DNA of 64,000 nt from Nitrosopumilus sp. (GTDB lineage Archaea > Thermoproteota > Nitrososphaeria > Nitrososphaerales > Nitrosopumilaceae): positions 480,001 to 544,000 of the forward strand of contig CBDBGZ010000009.1 of assembly GCA_965205425.1 (NCBI GenBank). The letters are read 5' to 3'. Of the stretch, positions 39,763 through 50,473 are shown piece after piece (position 1 is the first letter of the stretch; every line of letters begins with the position of its first letter). The notes beneath the pieces were generated by a model, which did no database searches, was not told the DNA's origin, and worked only from the letters and a program-made list of their open reading frames with translations. A program made the translations under genes and the position numbers.

Positions 39763-41094
39763 TTATGCCTTGATCTCTTGTCCTAGTAGAGTTTTGTATA
39801 ATGAAATAGCATCAGACTCGTCCTTTGGTCCTACAACAACTGCAGAACCTTTTTTCATGAAACTTACAGATAATTCATTTGTTCTCAAAGATAATCCCAA
39901 GTCTCCTTGATTATCAATTGTGAATCCTTTTTCTTTTCCAATTGCAGTAACACCACCAACATCAAGATCAAATGTTTGTGTTGGAGTAATAGAATAAGTT
40001 CTCTTACCGCGATTACGTCCACACAATTCTTCTAAAATTAATTCTTCTTTTTGTACAACTTCAAGTTTTCCTGTTCCACATATTGGACATTCTTCAGCTC
40101 TAAATGTTCTAGTACTATTGAAATCAAGATTTTCTAAATCAATATGTAAAATTCTTTCAGAAAGATTAGGGGTTTTTCCAGTAATTATTTTAACAGCTTC
40201 TGCAACTTCAATTGCACCAACAATAGAAAGTATTGGTGGATGAACTCCTTCAATGCTACATGTCGGCATTGTATCTTCATCTAATTCAGGAAACATGCAA
40301 AAGTAACATGCAGATTTTTTTGGTAAAACAGTAAAGGCTTGTCCAGATGTTCCAACTGCAGCTCCTGTAACAAAGGGGATCTCAAAGTTAACACATGCTT
40401 TGTTTAGTGCATATCTTGCATTGACACTGTCAAGTGCATCAATAACAACATCACAGCCTTCAACAACTTCCAATGCAGTATAATCATTTACAGATATAGC
40501 TAGAGCTTCAATTTTACAATCAGGATTTAGTTTCTGTAATTTTTTTGCAGCTACTTCTACTTTGACTTGTCCTACATCATCTTCATCAAACATCATTTGT
40601 CTATGTAAGTTTGATAATTCAATTACGTCTCTATCAACAATGCGTAATGTTCCAATACCCATTGTAGCTAGTCTAGAAATAATAGGATGCCCCAAACCAC
40701 CAGTTCCAACAACACAAACTTTGGCATTTTTTAATTTTAATTGTCCACCATATCCAATTTCTTCTAACATTACTTGCCTTGAGAATTTATCCAACTCTTT
40801 GGGAGAAAGTTCCTCAGAGCCTCCAGCTACTGCAGGTAAAATGTAAACTTTATCACCATCTTTTAGAATTGTTTGCATTCCATCAGAGAACTTTGCATTC
40901 TTTCCATTGATGTAGATATTTATCAATGAGCGTGGAGTGCCATCACCTTCCAAAACTCTACGCTTAAAGTCATCACCCATAGTTTCTGAAATTTTTGCAA
41001 ATGCATCAGTAAGAGAATCAGCTGAGATCTCAATCTTCTTTTCTCCACCACTTTGATTTAGTACAGATGGAATTGTAAATGTAATATTTGCCAC
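39763..41094 (-). CDS. ThiS/MoaD ubiquitin-like domain fused to a ThiF/MoeB (E1-like) adenylyltransferase
   Basis: Ubl domain ending ILPAVAGG, followed by GTGGLG, DRDVIELSNLHRQ, CYFC...TCSIEG and CPIC. Confidence 0.9.
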   Translation of the reverse strand: MANITFTIPSVLNQSGGEKKIEISADSLTDAFAKISETMGDDFKRRVLEGDGTPRSLINIYINGKNAKFSDGMQTILKDGDKVYILPAVAGGSEELSPKELDKFSRQVMLEEIGYGGQLKLKNAKVCVVGTGGLGHPIISRLATMGIGTLRIVDRDVIELSNLHRQMMFDEDDVGQVKVEVAAKKLQKLNPDCKIEALAISVNDYTALEVVEGCDVVIDALDSVNARYALNKACVNFEIPFVTGAAVGTSGQAFTVLPKKSACYFCMFPELDEDTMPTCSIEGVHPPILSIVGAIEVAEAVKIITGKTPNLSERILHIDLENLDFNSTRTFRAEECPICGTGKLEVVQKEELILEELCGRNRGKRTYSITPTQTFDLDVGGVTAIGKEKGFTIDNQGDLGLSLRTNELSVSFMKKGSAVVVGPKDESDAISLYKTLLGQEIKA

Positions 41095-42308
41095 TAGTTA
41101 ACTACCGCCGATATTTCTCCAACATCTGCCTTCATTACAGTTGGTTTTTCTAAAACTTCCATGATAGATTCAGTTGCTTTTAATCCATTACCAGTAACAT
41201 AGCATACTACTTTGTCATTTGCATCAATTTTTCCTTGTTCAACCATTTTTTGTAGAACAGATATAGAAACTCCACCAGCAGGTTCTGTAAATATTCCTTC
41301 AGTTTGAGCAAGAAGCAAAATTGCATCAAGTATTTCTTTATTGTTTGACTCTTCTGCAAATCCATTATATTGTTGTAAACGCTTCAAAACATATCTACCA
41401 TCTCCAGGATCACCAATTGCTAAACTCTTTGCAACAGTGTCAGGATGCTCAACTGGAATTACCTCTTTACTGTTTTTCTTAAATGCATCAACAATTGGGG
41501 CACAACCATGTGGTTGAGCTGCAATCATGTGCATGTTTGAAACATCATCAAGTAATGAAACTGTTTGTAGTTCTTCAAATCCTTTACAAATTGCATTAAG
41601 CATGGCACCACTTCCAACAGGAACTATAAGTTGATCAGGGACTTGCCAGTCAAGTTGTTCTGCAACTTCAAATGAAAATGTTTTAGAACCTTCAACATAA
41701 TGTGAACGCATGTTAATATTCACTACACCAATTCCTTTACTATCACCTATTTGTGCAGCTATTGTGTTTGCATCATCATATGTTCCATCAACTGCAATGT
41801 AATTTGCACCATAAGATAGTGCTTGTGCTATTTTTGCCATTTCAATATTACTTGGTGCAAATACATGACATGGTAATCCAGCTTTAGCTGCATGTGCTGC
41901 AGTTGCAGATGCCAAATTTCCAGTTGATGCACAACCAACAGCTGACAATCCAAATTCTTTTGCTTTTGATATTGCGACTCCAGCCGGCCTGTCTTTGAAT
42001 GAAAATGTGGGATTTACAGAATCATTTTTGATGTAAAGATTGTTTAATCCTAATTTTTTTCCAAGATTATCAGCTTTGATAAGAGGAGTCATCCCTGCAC
42101 CAATACTAACAATGTTTGATTTTTCTTCTATTGGTAATAATTCAAAATATCTCCAATAGGTATGCTCACGATTAGAAAATGTCTCTTTTGTAATTGTAGG
42201 AAAATTATATTTTACATCAAGTGGTCCAAAACACTCATCGCAAATGTACTTGAAAGCAGTATCGTATTCTTTTTTACATTCTCTACATTGTAATGAAGTT
42301 CTAGTCAA
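41094..42308 (-). CDS. thrC: Threonine synthase-like PLP enzyme with an N-terminal Zn ribbon
   Basis: NPTFSFKDR, ASTGN, PVGSG, TGNGLK. The likely start is TTG at 42308, preceded by AAAGGAG. Confidence 0.85.
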   Translation of the reverse strand: MTRTSLQCRECKKEYDTAFKYICDECFGPLDVKYNFPTITKETFSNREHTYWRYFELLPIEEKSNIVSIGAGMTPLIKADNLGKKLGLNNLYIKNDSVNPTFSFKDRPAGVAISKAKEFGLSAVGCASTGNLASATAAHAAKAGLPCHVFAPSNIEMAKIAQALSYGANYIAVDGTYDDANTIAAQIGDSKGIGVVNINMRSHYVEGSKTFSFEVAEQLDWQVPDQLIVPVGSGAMLNAICKGFEELQTVSLLDDVSNMHMIAAQPHGCAPIVDAFKKNSKEVIPVEHPDTVAKSLAIGDPGDGRYVLKRLQQYNGFAEESNNKEILDAILLLAQTEGIFTEPAGGVSISVLQKMVEQGKIDANDKVVCYVTGNGLKATESIMEVLEKPTVMKADVGEISAVVN

Positions 42309-42355
42309 GATCAGTATCTCCTTTGAGAACATACATAAAAAATCCTAATATCAAG

Positions 42356-42370
42356 TTAAGTATTACTTAA
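42356..42370. promoter_or_regulatory. Palindrome TTAAGTA-T-TACTTAA over the thrC-thiF promoter
   Basis: Perfect 7-bp arms. The sequence is AT-rich, so chance occurrence is possible. Confidence 0.45.
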
Positions 42371-42492
42371 TTTTAGGGATTAAAAAATATAATGAAACAT
42401 AGTAATGATAAGGTGAAAAATAGGAAAAACCAAATTTGTCAAAAATTAGAATTAAGAGGAAGGTTTTTAGTTATTTTTGAAAATATATTTTC

Positions 42493-43071
42493 ATGAATAC
42501 TAAAATTGCAATTCCAATAGTTCTGGGTGTAATTGTAGTAATAATTGGAATATTTGTAATAACTAATCAAGAATCAGAAATTATGGAAGTTGAAGATGAT
42601 GCAGTAAATCAAGAATTACAACCAACAGAAGAATTTCCTCCAGAGATTCAAGAAAAAATAGATGAAATTGTTAAAGTAAATTTAGAAAATGAATATTCAC
42701 CCAAGGATAGAGAATGGATAACATCAGGACCATTTCAAATTGATCGAAGTGAATATATTTTAGGAGAGAAAATTTTTCTCAGAATTGGGGGATTAGCACC
42801 TGATGAAAAAGGTCAAGCTGCATTTCTAAGACCATTAAACAGTACGCATTATACTGTGTATATTGCAATTCCGTTTGATGGTTCAGGTAAAACAGCATTC
42901 AATTACTATTTAGAACCTGATCTTTTAGAATCAAAAGGAATTTGTTCAGTTGATGATTTGGTTGGAGATTGGAGAGTGGTATTTAGAGGAACAGAATATC
43001 CTAATTTAGGATTTAAAATTACCGAAGATATTCTTCCAGGGGATGAAGAAGACTATGAGCCAGTTTGTTAA
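42493..43071 (+). CDS. Hypothetical membrane-anchored protein
   Basis: N-terminal TM, acidic linker, beta-rich domain. Confidence 0.75.
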   Translation: MNTKIAIPIVLGVIVVIIGIFVITNQESEIMEVEDDAVNQELQPTEEFPPEIQEKIDEIVKVNLENEYSPKDREWITSGPFQIDRSEYILGEKIFLRIGGLAPDEKGQAAFLRPLNSTHYTVYIAIPFDGSGKTAFNYYLEPDLLESKGICSVDDLVGDWRVVFRGTEYPNLGFKITEDILPGDEEDYEPVC

Positions 43072-43075
43072 TTTG

Positions 43076-43402
43076 TTATTTTAAAACATTATGAAAACAA
43101 ACTGATTTTCCTAAATGACAAGCAGGTCCAGAAGGTTCAACCAAGTAAATGATTGCATCAAAATCACAATCAACTAAAATTTCTTTAATTTTTTGTGTGT
43201 TTCCTGATTCTTCTCCTTTCATCCAAAGTTTATTTCTTGAACGACTCCAGAACCAAGATTTTCCAGTTTTTCTAGCAAGTTCTAATGATTCTTTATTTGT
43301 ATAAGCTAAAGTCAAAACATCTTTTGTATTTGCATCTTGAACTATTACAGGCACAAGACCTCCGCTTTTCTCAAAATCTATTTCATCAATAGTTTTTTCC
43401 AT
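43076..43402 (-). CDS. hisI: Phosphoribosyl-AMP cyclohydrolase
   Basis: WSRSRNKLWMKGEESGN, DCDFD, ACHLG..CF. Confidence 0.95.
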   Translation of the reverse strand: MEKTIDEIDFEKSGGLVPVIVQDANTKDVLTLAYTNKESLELARKTGKSWFWSRSRNKLWMKGEESGNTQKIKEILVDCDFDAIIYLVEPSGPACHLGKSVCFHNVLK

Positions 43403-43425
43403 AAATGGAATTAGTAAAATAGCTA

Positions 43426-44229
43426 TTATAATCTTACATGAATTTCATTGTTTTTCAAATGTAATTTGACACCATTTACTCCATGGGTTTCGTAGTGAAA
43501 AATTGAAGCTGCAAGTGCGGCATCTACATTTGATTTCTTGAAAATTTCAATCATATCATCAGGTTTTCCACAACCTCCTGAAGCAATAACAGGAATAGAG
43601 ACAGATTCAACAACTTTGGAAGTTAACAAAATATCATATCCATCTTTTGTCCCATCTTTATCAATACTTGTAAGCAGAATTTCACCAGCTCCTAACTTTT
43701 CAGCATTTTTAACCCATTCAATTACATCAATACCAGTTCCTTCTTTTCCACCATAAATGAAAACTTCAAACCAAAATTGTTTGTCATTTTCAGTGAAGAG
43801 ATTTTTTGTATCATCAATGTTAAAATTTCTTTTAGCATCAACAGCTACTACAACACATTGACGACCAAATATCTCCATTAGATCTGTAATAACTTTAGGA
43901 TTTTTTATAGCACCTGTGTTAATACCAACCTTATCAGCACCATTAAGTAAAATATTTCTAGCATCTTCTAAAGACTTTACTCCACCACCAACAGTAAATG
44001 GAATATCAATTACAGATGCAACTTTTCTAACAAGTTCTTTGATTGTTTCTCTTTGTTCATCAGATGCAGTAATATCTAAAAAAACTAGTTCATCTGCACC
44101 TTCATTACTATATCTTTCAGCAAGTTCTACAGGATCACCTGCATCTTTGATGGATTCAAAATTTAGTCCTTTAACTACTCTACCATTTTTTACATCTAGG
44201 CAAGGAATAATTCTTTTAGTTAATGTCAT
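43426..44229 (-). CDS. hisF: Imidazole glycerol phosphate synthase cyclase
   Basis: RIIPCLDV, GADELVFLDITAS, LTSIDKDGT. Confidence 0.96.
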   Translation of the reverse strand: MTLTKRIIPCLDVKNGRVVKGLNFESIKDAGDPVELAERYSNEGADELVFLDITASDEQRETIKELVRKVASVIDIPFTVGGGVKSLEDARNILLNGADKVGINTGAIKNPKVITDLMEIFGRQCVVVAVDAKRNFNIDDTKNLFTENDKQFWFEVFIYGGKEGTGIDVIEWVKNAEKLGAGEILLTSIDKDGTKDGYDILLTSKVVESVSIPVIASGGCGKPDDMIEIFKKSNVDAALAASIFHYETHGVNGVKLHLKNNEIHVRL

Positions 44230-44933
44230 GATAGTTTTTTTGCCTCTTCAATTGTTATTTTTTTCTCATATAGTGCCTTACCAAGAATCACACCAAATAC
44301 TTTCCTTTCTTTAACATCTTTTACATCATTAATGTTTGAGATTCCTCCACTAGCTATAACATTGACATTTGTTAAACTACATGCCTGTTCTAAAAATTCC
44401 AAATCAGGACCTTCAAGAGTTCCATCACGACTAACATTTGTTAGTAAAAATTCTGTAAAACCCATTTCAATAAATTCATTAATTGCAGGAATTAATTTAA
44501 TTCCAGTTCCTTTTTGCCAACCATGAATTACAATTTCTCCATCTTTATGATCTACAGAAATTACAATTTTTTCTGATCCCAGTTCCGATAGTAATAATTT
44601 CAAAAGAGGTTTATCTTTGAAAGCTAGAGTACCCAATACAATTCGTTCCGATAATTTTGCTATTTCTAAAACTAATGATTTGTCTCTTAAACCTCCAGCA
44701 ACTTCCACAGGAATTGATACTGTATCAAGAATTTTTTTAATAATTTCTACATTTGATCCAATTCCAAGTGTTGCATCCAAGTCAACTAAGTGAAGGATAT
44801 CAGCTCCTGCAGATTCCCACTGTTTTGCAATATCTACAGGATTGTTACTATACACAGTTTTTTGGTTAGGATCACCCTTGTACAGTCTAACAACTTTGCC
44901 ATCCATTAGATCAATTGCTGGAATTATTTTCAT
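44226..44933 (-). CDS. hisA: ProFAR isomerase
   Basis: IIPAIDL, LHLVDLD, DGTLEG, ASGGI. Confidence 0.95.
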   Translation of the reverse strand: MKIIPAIDLMDGKVVRLYKGDPNQKTVYSNNPVDIAKQWESAGADILHLVDLDATLGIGSNVEIIKKILDTVSIPVEVAGGLRDKSLVLEIAKLSERIVLGTLAFKDKPLLKLLLSELGSEKIVISVDHKDGEIVIHGWQKGTGIKLIPAINEFIEMGFTEFLLTNVSRDGTLEGPDLEFLEQACSLTNVNVIASGGISNINDVKDVKERKVFGVILGKALYEKKITIEEAKKLS

Positions 44934-45535
44934 TTCTTACACTCTTTTAGAAAATTCTCTAACATTATTTTTCCAACAGTGCTGGATTTTTCAGGATGAA
45001 ATTGTGTACCAAAAAAATTATCATATTCAACAACTGCAGGAACTTTGAGTCCATAATCGGATTCAGCAGTAATCACATCATTTGATTCAGGTTTTGCTCT
45101 ATACGAATGAACAAAATAAGCCCAAGAACCATCTTCAACACCCTCAAGAATTATTCCAGGTTTTTTTATTTCAAGATTATTCCAGCCCATATGAGGTACT
45201 TTCATTGAGGGTGGAAGAATAATTACCTCACCATCAATTACATTCAGACCTTTCTCTTTTCCTTCTTCACTTTTTTCAAAAAACATTTCCATTCCAAGAC
45301 AAATACCCAATACTGGCATATTTCCCACATAATCTTTGAATTGAATTTTAGAGAAATCTCTTATGCTATTCATAGCAGGATCAAAATTTCCTACACCAGG
45401 AAGTAAGATCCCAGAATAGATATTTTTATCATCAAAATTAGTAATAATATCAACAGTAGCTCCTACTTTTTCAAGAGAAGTTTTTAGGCTGAAAATATTT
45501 CCAGCGCCATAATCAAAAATTGCAACATTTACCAT
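44930..45535 (-). CDS. hisH: IGP synthase glutamine amidotransferase
   Basis: LPGVG, GICLG, PHMGWN, QFHPEKS. Confidence 0.96.
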   Translation of the reverse strand: MVNVAIFDYGAGNIFSLKTSLEKVGATVDIITNFDDKNIYSGILLPGVGNFDPAMNSIRDFSKIQFKDYVGNMPVLGICLGMEMFFEKSEEGKEKGLNVIDGEVIILPPSMKVPHMGWNNLEIKKPGIILEGVEDGSWAYFVHSYRAKPESNDVITAESDYGLKVPAVVEYDNFFGTQFHPEKSSTVGKIMLENFLKECKK

Positions 45536-46131
45536 TACATTGAACCTTTTGTACTTGGAATTCCTTTCTGCTTTTTATCTATTGTAGATGCATTTCTTAA
45601 TGCAACAGCAAGTGATTTTATGGCAGCCTCAACTTTGTGGTGATCATTATCCCCATACTTTACAGTAAGGTGAATACAGCTGTTAAGATTTTGGAGTAAA
45701 GATTGGAAGAAATGTTCTAGATCTTCTTTTGATACATCTTCAATTTTACTCCGTTTGATAGATAATGTCAATTTCCAATATGGTCGCTTTACTAAATCAA
45801 TTGAAGCTTCAGCTAATGATTCATCCATGGGTACTGAAGCATAGCTAAATCGCGTAATTCCTTTTCTTGAGCTTAGTGCCTTGTCAATTGTTTGTCCTAT
45901 GGTAATCGCTGAATCTTCAATCAAGTGGTGTTCAATTCCGTCATTAGATTTTGCGACAACGTTAAGATCCATCATGCTGTGTTTACCAAAAGATATTATC
46001 AAGTGATCAAGGAAATTTATTCCAGTTTTGATAGAGGTTTTTCCAGATCCATCTAAATTTACAGAGACAGAAACACTGGTTTCCTTTGTATTTCGTTTAA
46101 TTGATGCTTTTCTAGGTGCCATATTTCTCAC
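45535..46131 (-). CDS. hisB: Imidazoleglycerol-phosphate dehydratase
   Basis: [31 protein letters not shown]. Confidence 0.95.
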   Translation of the reverse strand: MRNMAPRKASIKRNTKETSVSVSVNLDGSGKTSIKTGINFLDHLIISFGKHSMMDLNVVAKSNDGIEHHLIEDSAITIGQTIDKALSSRKGITRFSYASVPMDESLAEASIDLVKRPYWKLTLSIKRSKIEDVSKEDLEHFFQSLLQNLNSCIHLTVKYGDNDHHKVEAAIKSLAVALRNASTIDKKQKGIPSTKGSM

Positions 46132-46148
46132 AGATTATGTAATGTGCA

Positions 46149-47123
46149 TCATTCTAAATTTAATACCTTTGGTAGTAGATTGATTGAATCTATTACCAAA
46201 ACAGCATCATTTTGTTCAAATAGTTTTAATTTTTCTTGAGGGTTTTTGCTAGTCCCCATAATGCCACAAAATATCGTTTTATGTCCTAGTTCAGATGCCT
46301 TTTTTGCCATTATCAAATCCTCCATAGAATCGCCAACATACAGAGTGGATATTGCTTTTAATCCTTGAATGGAATTTAAAAGAGATTGAGGATTAGGTTT
46401 TGCAAGTTCACGAGGTTCATCTTCAAGAAACATGGAACAATTTAAATCAAATTTATTCAATAGTGATTTTAAAGAATAACTTACTGATTCTTTTCCTCTA
46501 CCAGTAACCATAGAGATTTTTGAATCAAACTTTTTGATTAGTTTTTCAAGTAATGACTCACTTAGAATTACATCATCTTGTTCAATTAAACCAGGAGTAG
46601 AAAAACTAGAAATGTTGTTAAATAATTTTTTGTATAATTCAGGTCCATAAAAAAGTTGATCAAATATTTGATACAATGGATTTTCATGATGAGTTCCAGG
46701 ATAAGATAATTGTTTTTTAATATCTGAAATATCAACCATAGTTTCAAGATATTTTTCTACAGATGTAATACCACTTGAATCAGAGTTTTTTATTACGTCA
46801 AAAATGAAACTATTTTGATCTTTTTTCAATAAATTGGCAGCTACTAGTGAAAGTATTGCAGCATATGTTAAATCAACTTCATCGTTAAATCCCCCAGTAG
46901 ATTTGAATCCATCAATAATTTTAAAATCAACATCAATTGCATTATCTATTTTTGCAAAATTCTTTAAAACATACTGAGTTGTTTTTATTATTGCAAGATC
47001 ATATGATTTTGTAATATCAATTAATACTCCATCACAATCAAAAATTATTGCATTTACTTCATCCAAAATTTTTATTTTAGAATCATCTATGTAGATTCCG
47101 TCAGATATTTCTGTTAGAGTCAT
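46149..47123 (-). CDS. HAD-family hydrolase (candidate histidinol-phosphate phosphatase)
   Basis: FDCDGVL, VTGR, KPNP, VGDSMED. Located inside the his operon. Confidence 0.85.
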   Translation of the reverse strand: MTLTEISDGIYIDDSKIKILDEVNAIIFDCDGVLIDITKSYDLAIIKTTQYVLKNFAKIDNAIDVDFKIIDGFKSTGGFNDEVDLTYAAILSLVAANLLKKDQNSFIFDVIKNSDSSGITSVEKYLETMVDISDIKKQLSYPGTHHENPLYQIFDQLFYGPELYKKLFNNISSFSTPGLIEQDDVILSESLLEKLIKKFDSKISMVTGRGKESVSYSLKSLLNKFDLNCSMFLEDEPRELAKPNPQSLLNSIQGLKAISTLYVGDSMEDLIMAKKASELGHKTIFCGIMGTSKNPQEKLKLFEQNDAVLVIDSINLLPKVLNLE

Positions 47124-48190
47124 CCCAATAAATCACGAATAGCCAGTAAAAACTTTGAATTCATTTCTTTTGTACCAATGGTAACTCTAAGACATCCATT
47201 ATGGTTTCCAATTTTTCCTAGTTTACGAATTGAAATTCCTTGTTCAGCAAGAGCAGAATAGACACGTTTGTAGGCTCCATGAGCATCAAAAAGTACAAAA
47301 TTAGCCTTAGAATCAAACACTTCAAAGGCATCATATTTTCTTAATGTTTCAATAATTCGTTTTCTTTCAATTTTGATGGTATCAATGGTATCTTTCATTA
47401 CATTTGATTTTCCCAAAGCTTGAATTCCAGATTCAATAGTGATTGTACTAATTGGATATGGGTATTGTAAGATGGTCATAAAAGCCTCAGTGAATTTTTT
47501 ACTTGCAATAAAATAACCAAGTCTAAGACCTGCCAAACCAAATGATTTTGAGAGAGTTTGAACTATAATTAAATTATTTTGGGATTTAACCATACTAGAA
47601 AGAGAGTATTCACCAAATTCTCCATATGCTTCATCAATAATCACAAGGCCGTTAAAAGATCTGATCAGTTTTTGGAGATCACTTTTTTTAAATTGGAATC
47701 CTGTAGGATTATTTGGAGAATCAAGATAAAGAATGTCTGCATTTTTAGATTGTTTTATGAAATCTTTAATGTTTAATTTCATATCATTTGAAAATGGTAT
47801 TGCAATGAGTGGTATGTCATACAGTTTACAACGTTCTTCAAAAAATCCGAAGGTAGGATTTGAAGTCAAAATTTTGGTTTGTTTTGATGCAAAATTTGAG
47901 AGAATCAAATCTAAAATTTGATCTGAACCATTACCTACACCTATCATCGAAGAGGGTATTTTGATAAATTTTGAAATTGTGTTAATTAGTTTCTCAACTC
48001 CACCAAGTGGATATTCTCTAACGTCAGAATTTTTTCTTGCAAAAGAAATTATATCATTTTGGAATTGTTTTGGGATTACATAATTTTCATTTGAATCAAG
48101 TTTCACTGCATCTTGAATGAATTCTGGTTTTTGATAACCTCCAATCAAAGTAAATTTATCAATTTTTTCTTCAAGCCAATTTTTTTTCAA
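47120..48190 (-). CDS. hisC: Histidinol-phosphate aminotransferase
   Basis: LDSNEN, GNGSD, SPNNPTG, DEAY, TLSKSFGLAGLRLG. Confidence 0.95.
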   Translation of the reverse strand: MKKNWLEEKIDKFTLIGGYQKPEFIQDAVKLDSNENYVIPKQFQNDIISFARKNSDVREYPLGGVEKLINTISKFIKIPSSMIGVGNGSDQILDLILSNFASKQTKILTSNPTFGFFEERCKLYDIPLIAIPFSNDMKLNIKDFIKQSKNADILYLDSPNNPTGFQFKKSDLQKLIRSFNGLVIIDEAYGEFGEYSLSSMVKSQNNLIIVQTLSKSFGLAGLRLGYFIASKKFTEAFMTILQYPYPISTITIESGIQALGKSNVMKDTIDTIKIERKRIIETLRKYDAFEVFDSKANFVLFDAHGAYKRVYSALAEQGISIRKLGKIGNHNGCLRVTIGTKEMNSKFLLAIRDLLG

Positions 48191-49461
48191 TTTAATCTAC
48201 CTCGTACTGCTTCATAATGATTAGAAAGTCCTTCAGCATTTGTTAAAGCTTCAAGATGTTTTGAAATTTTTGACAAGGATTTTTTGGATGACCTAATCTG
48301 AGTATTTACCTTGATGAAATCTAAAACAGATAATGATCCTCTAATTTTTCCAAATCCATTGGTAGGAAGAATGTGATTTGAGCCTAAAACATAGTCACTT
48401 GCAGATGAAGGAGTGTCATTTCCAACTAAAACTAGGCCTGAAGAAGTTATTTTTGAAGACATTGATTCAGAATTTTTAGTCATTATTTGCAAGTGTTCAG
48501 GAGCTAAGATATTTGCAAGTTTTATCATGTCAGAATTTGTTTTGCATATCCCAATAAATCCATTATTTCTTAGACTGAATTTAACAATTTTTCCTCTTTG
48601 TATTTTAGAAAGTGATTCAAAAATAATTTTGTTAACTGATTTTGCAAGCTTTTCAGATGTAGTTATCAAGTAACAAAAAGTATCATTACTGTGTTCTGCT
48701 TGAGAAATTAAATCCAATGCAACATATCTTGGATTGGTTGAATTATCTGCAATAATGCCTAATTCAGTAGGACCTGCAAGCATATCAATTCCAGTTTGAT
48801 TACTAATAAGGGATTTTGCAGAGGTTACAAATGCTCCACCAGGACCTACAATTTTATCTACCTTAGAAATTGATTTTGTACCATAAGATAATGCTGCAAT
48901 AGATTGTATACCTCCCGTTTTGTAAATTTCATTTGCACCACATACATCAGCAGCTACAATCGTTAATGGATCTATTTTACCATTAGAATTTGGCGGAGAT
49001 ACAACTACAATTCTTTTAACTCCAGCAATTTTAGCCGGAACTACAGACATAATTACAGAGCTTGGATATCTTGCCAGGCCACCAGGAATATAACAGCCTA
49101 CACTTTGAATTGGAATAAATTTTTTTGATATTTTTATTCCATCATTATTGATTGTTTTATTTTTTAATAAAGATCTAACAGAAGATTCTGTTTTGATGAG
49201 TCTAGCTTTCGCTAATCGTAATGCATCAAGTTCAGTTTTTGTAATCTCAGAATATGCCTTTTTAATTTCACTTTGAGATACTTTTAATGTGGAAATGTTT
49301 GCTTTGCTAAATTTTTTTTCATATTTTCTGACTGCATCATCGCCATTCTTTTTGACATTTTTTAGTATAGATTCAACGATATCTTTGTTGTTTTGAGGCT
49401 GTTTTGGAACGGTTTTGGCTGCAAACTTTTCAACATTAGTTACTTTGATTATTTTCATCAA
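48187..49461 (-). CDS. hisD: Histidinol dehydrogenase
   Basis: YIPGG, GPGG, DMLAGPTE, SQAEH, APEHL, NHILPT. Confidence 0.95.
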   Translation of the reverse strand: MMKIIKVTNVEKFAAKTVPKQPQNNKDIVESILKNVKKNGDDAVRKYEKKFSKANISTLKVSQSEIKKAYSEITKTELDALRLAKARLIKTESSVRSLLKNKTINNDGIKISKKFIPIQSVGCYIPGGLARYPSSVIMSVVPAKIAGVKRIVVVSPPNSNGKIDPLTIVAADVCGANEIYKTGGIQSIAALSYGTKSISKVDKIVGPGGAFVTSAKSLISNQTGIDMLAGPTELGIIADNSTNPRYVALDLISQAEHSNDTFCYLITTSEKLAKSVNKIIFESLSKIQRGKIVKFSLRNNGFIGICKTNSDMIKLANILAPEHLQIMTKNSESMSSKITSSGLVLVGNDTPSSASDYVLGSNHILPTNGFGKIRGSLSVLDFIKVNTQIRSSKKSLSKISKHLEALTNAEGLSNHYEAVRGRLN

Positions 49462-50435
49462 TTTTCTTCGTCACGCTTTATCTCCTCAAGTTCAAGTATT
49501 TGTCGCGGTTCGTGAACTACAAGACCTTGAGCAATCTTCCTTAATTTAGGAATGAGTTTGTGAAATTCTTCTTTTTTAATGACTGTATTTACACCAAACC
49601 ATCCTTGTTCACTTAGTGGACTAATTGTAGGTTTTTTGAGGGATGGCATCTGTGTCAAAAGTTTCTTAAGATTTTTTTCTTCAACATTTAGATAAATGTG
49701 TAAGAACTTTCTACCATTAACTGCACCTCTCATTAAAGTTACAATATCAAAGATTTTTTCACGTTTCTTAGGATCTTTCAATGATTTTTTATTAACAATC
49801 AAATGTGCTGTTGATGTAAGAACTTCATCAACAATTTTTAATTTATTTTGTTTTAGTGTAGTTCCTGTTTCTGTAACATCCATAATTGCATCTACGTCCT
49901 CTGGAGGCTTTGCTTCAGTTGCACCAAATGATAAATGAATTTGAACATTTTTGTTAGTTCCTAATCTAACCCAAGGAGTAACAATTAGAGGATCTTTAGA
50001 ACCATAATATTTTTTGTATGATTTGCATTGTTTTAGAAATTTTGAAGCAGTCGTTAGATATTCAGAAGAAATTCTGAGTGTTTTTTTCTTTTTGCCATAA
50101 TCTGCAATCATTTCATCAAGATTTTTGTATCTGTATTTATCAGGAAAAGCAATTACTAATCTAATTTTTCCATATTCTAAATCTAAAATAGGTTCAACAT
50201 CAGAATTTGTTTCTCCAACCCAGTCTTTGCCAGTAATTCCTACATCATACAATCCTTCTGCAACTAATGTTGGAATTTCTTGTGGGCGAAGCATTTTGAC
50301 AATAATACTAGGATCATCTAAATACACTCGATAAGTTCTGCTTTTTCGATTAACTTTAGTCCATGATTTCTCTAATAGTTTGAATGTGGCATCTTCTAAA
50401 CTTCCTTTAGGGATAGCAAATTTTACTTCAGACAT
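49458..50435 (-). CDS. hisG: ATP phosphoribosyltransferase (long form)
   Basis: AIPKGSL, RPQEIP, GITGKD, GATE, DVTETGTTL. The likely start is MSEVK at 50435. Confidence 0.95.
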   Translation of the reverse strand: MSEVKFAIPKGSLEDATFKLLEKSWTKVNRKSRTYRVYLDDPSIIVKMLRPQEIPTLVAEGLYDVGITGKDWVGETNSDVEPILDLEYGKIRLVIAFPDKYRYKNLDEMIADYGKKKKTLRISSEYLTTASKFLKQCKSYKKYYGSKDPLIVTPWVRLGTNKNVQIHLSFGATEAKPPEDVDAIMDVTETGTTLKQNKLKIVDEVLTSTAHLIVNKKSLKDPKKREKIFDIVTLMRGAVNGRKFLHIYLNVEEKNLKKLLTQMPSLKKPTISPLSEQGWFGVNTVIKKEEFHKLIPKLRKIAQGLVVHEPRQILELEEIKRDEEN

Positions 50436-50473
50436 TTTCAATTTTTTCACTTTTTAGGTATATAATCGCATGT

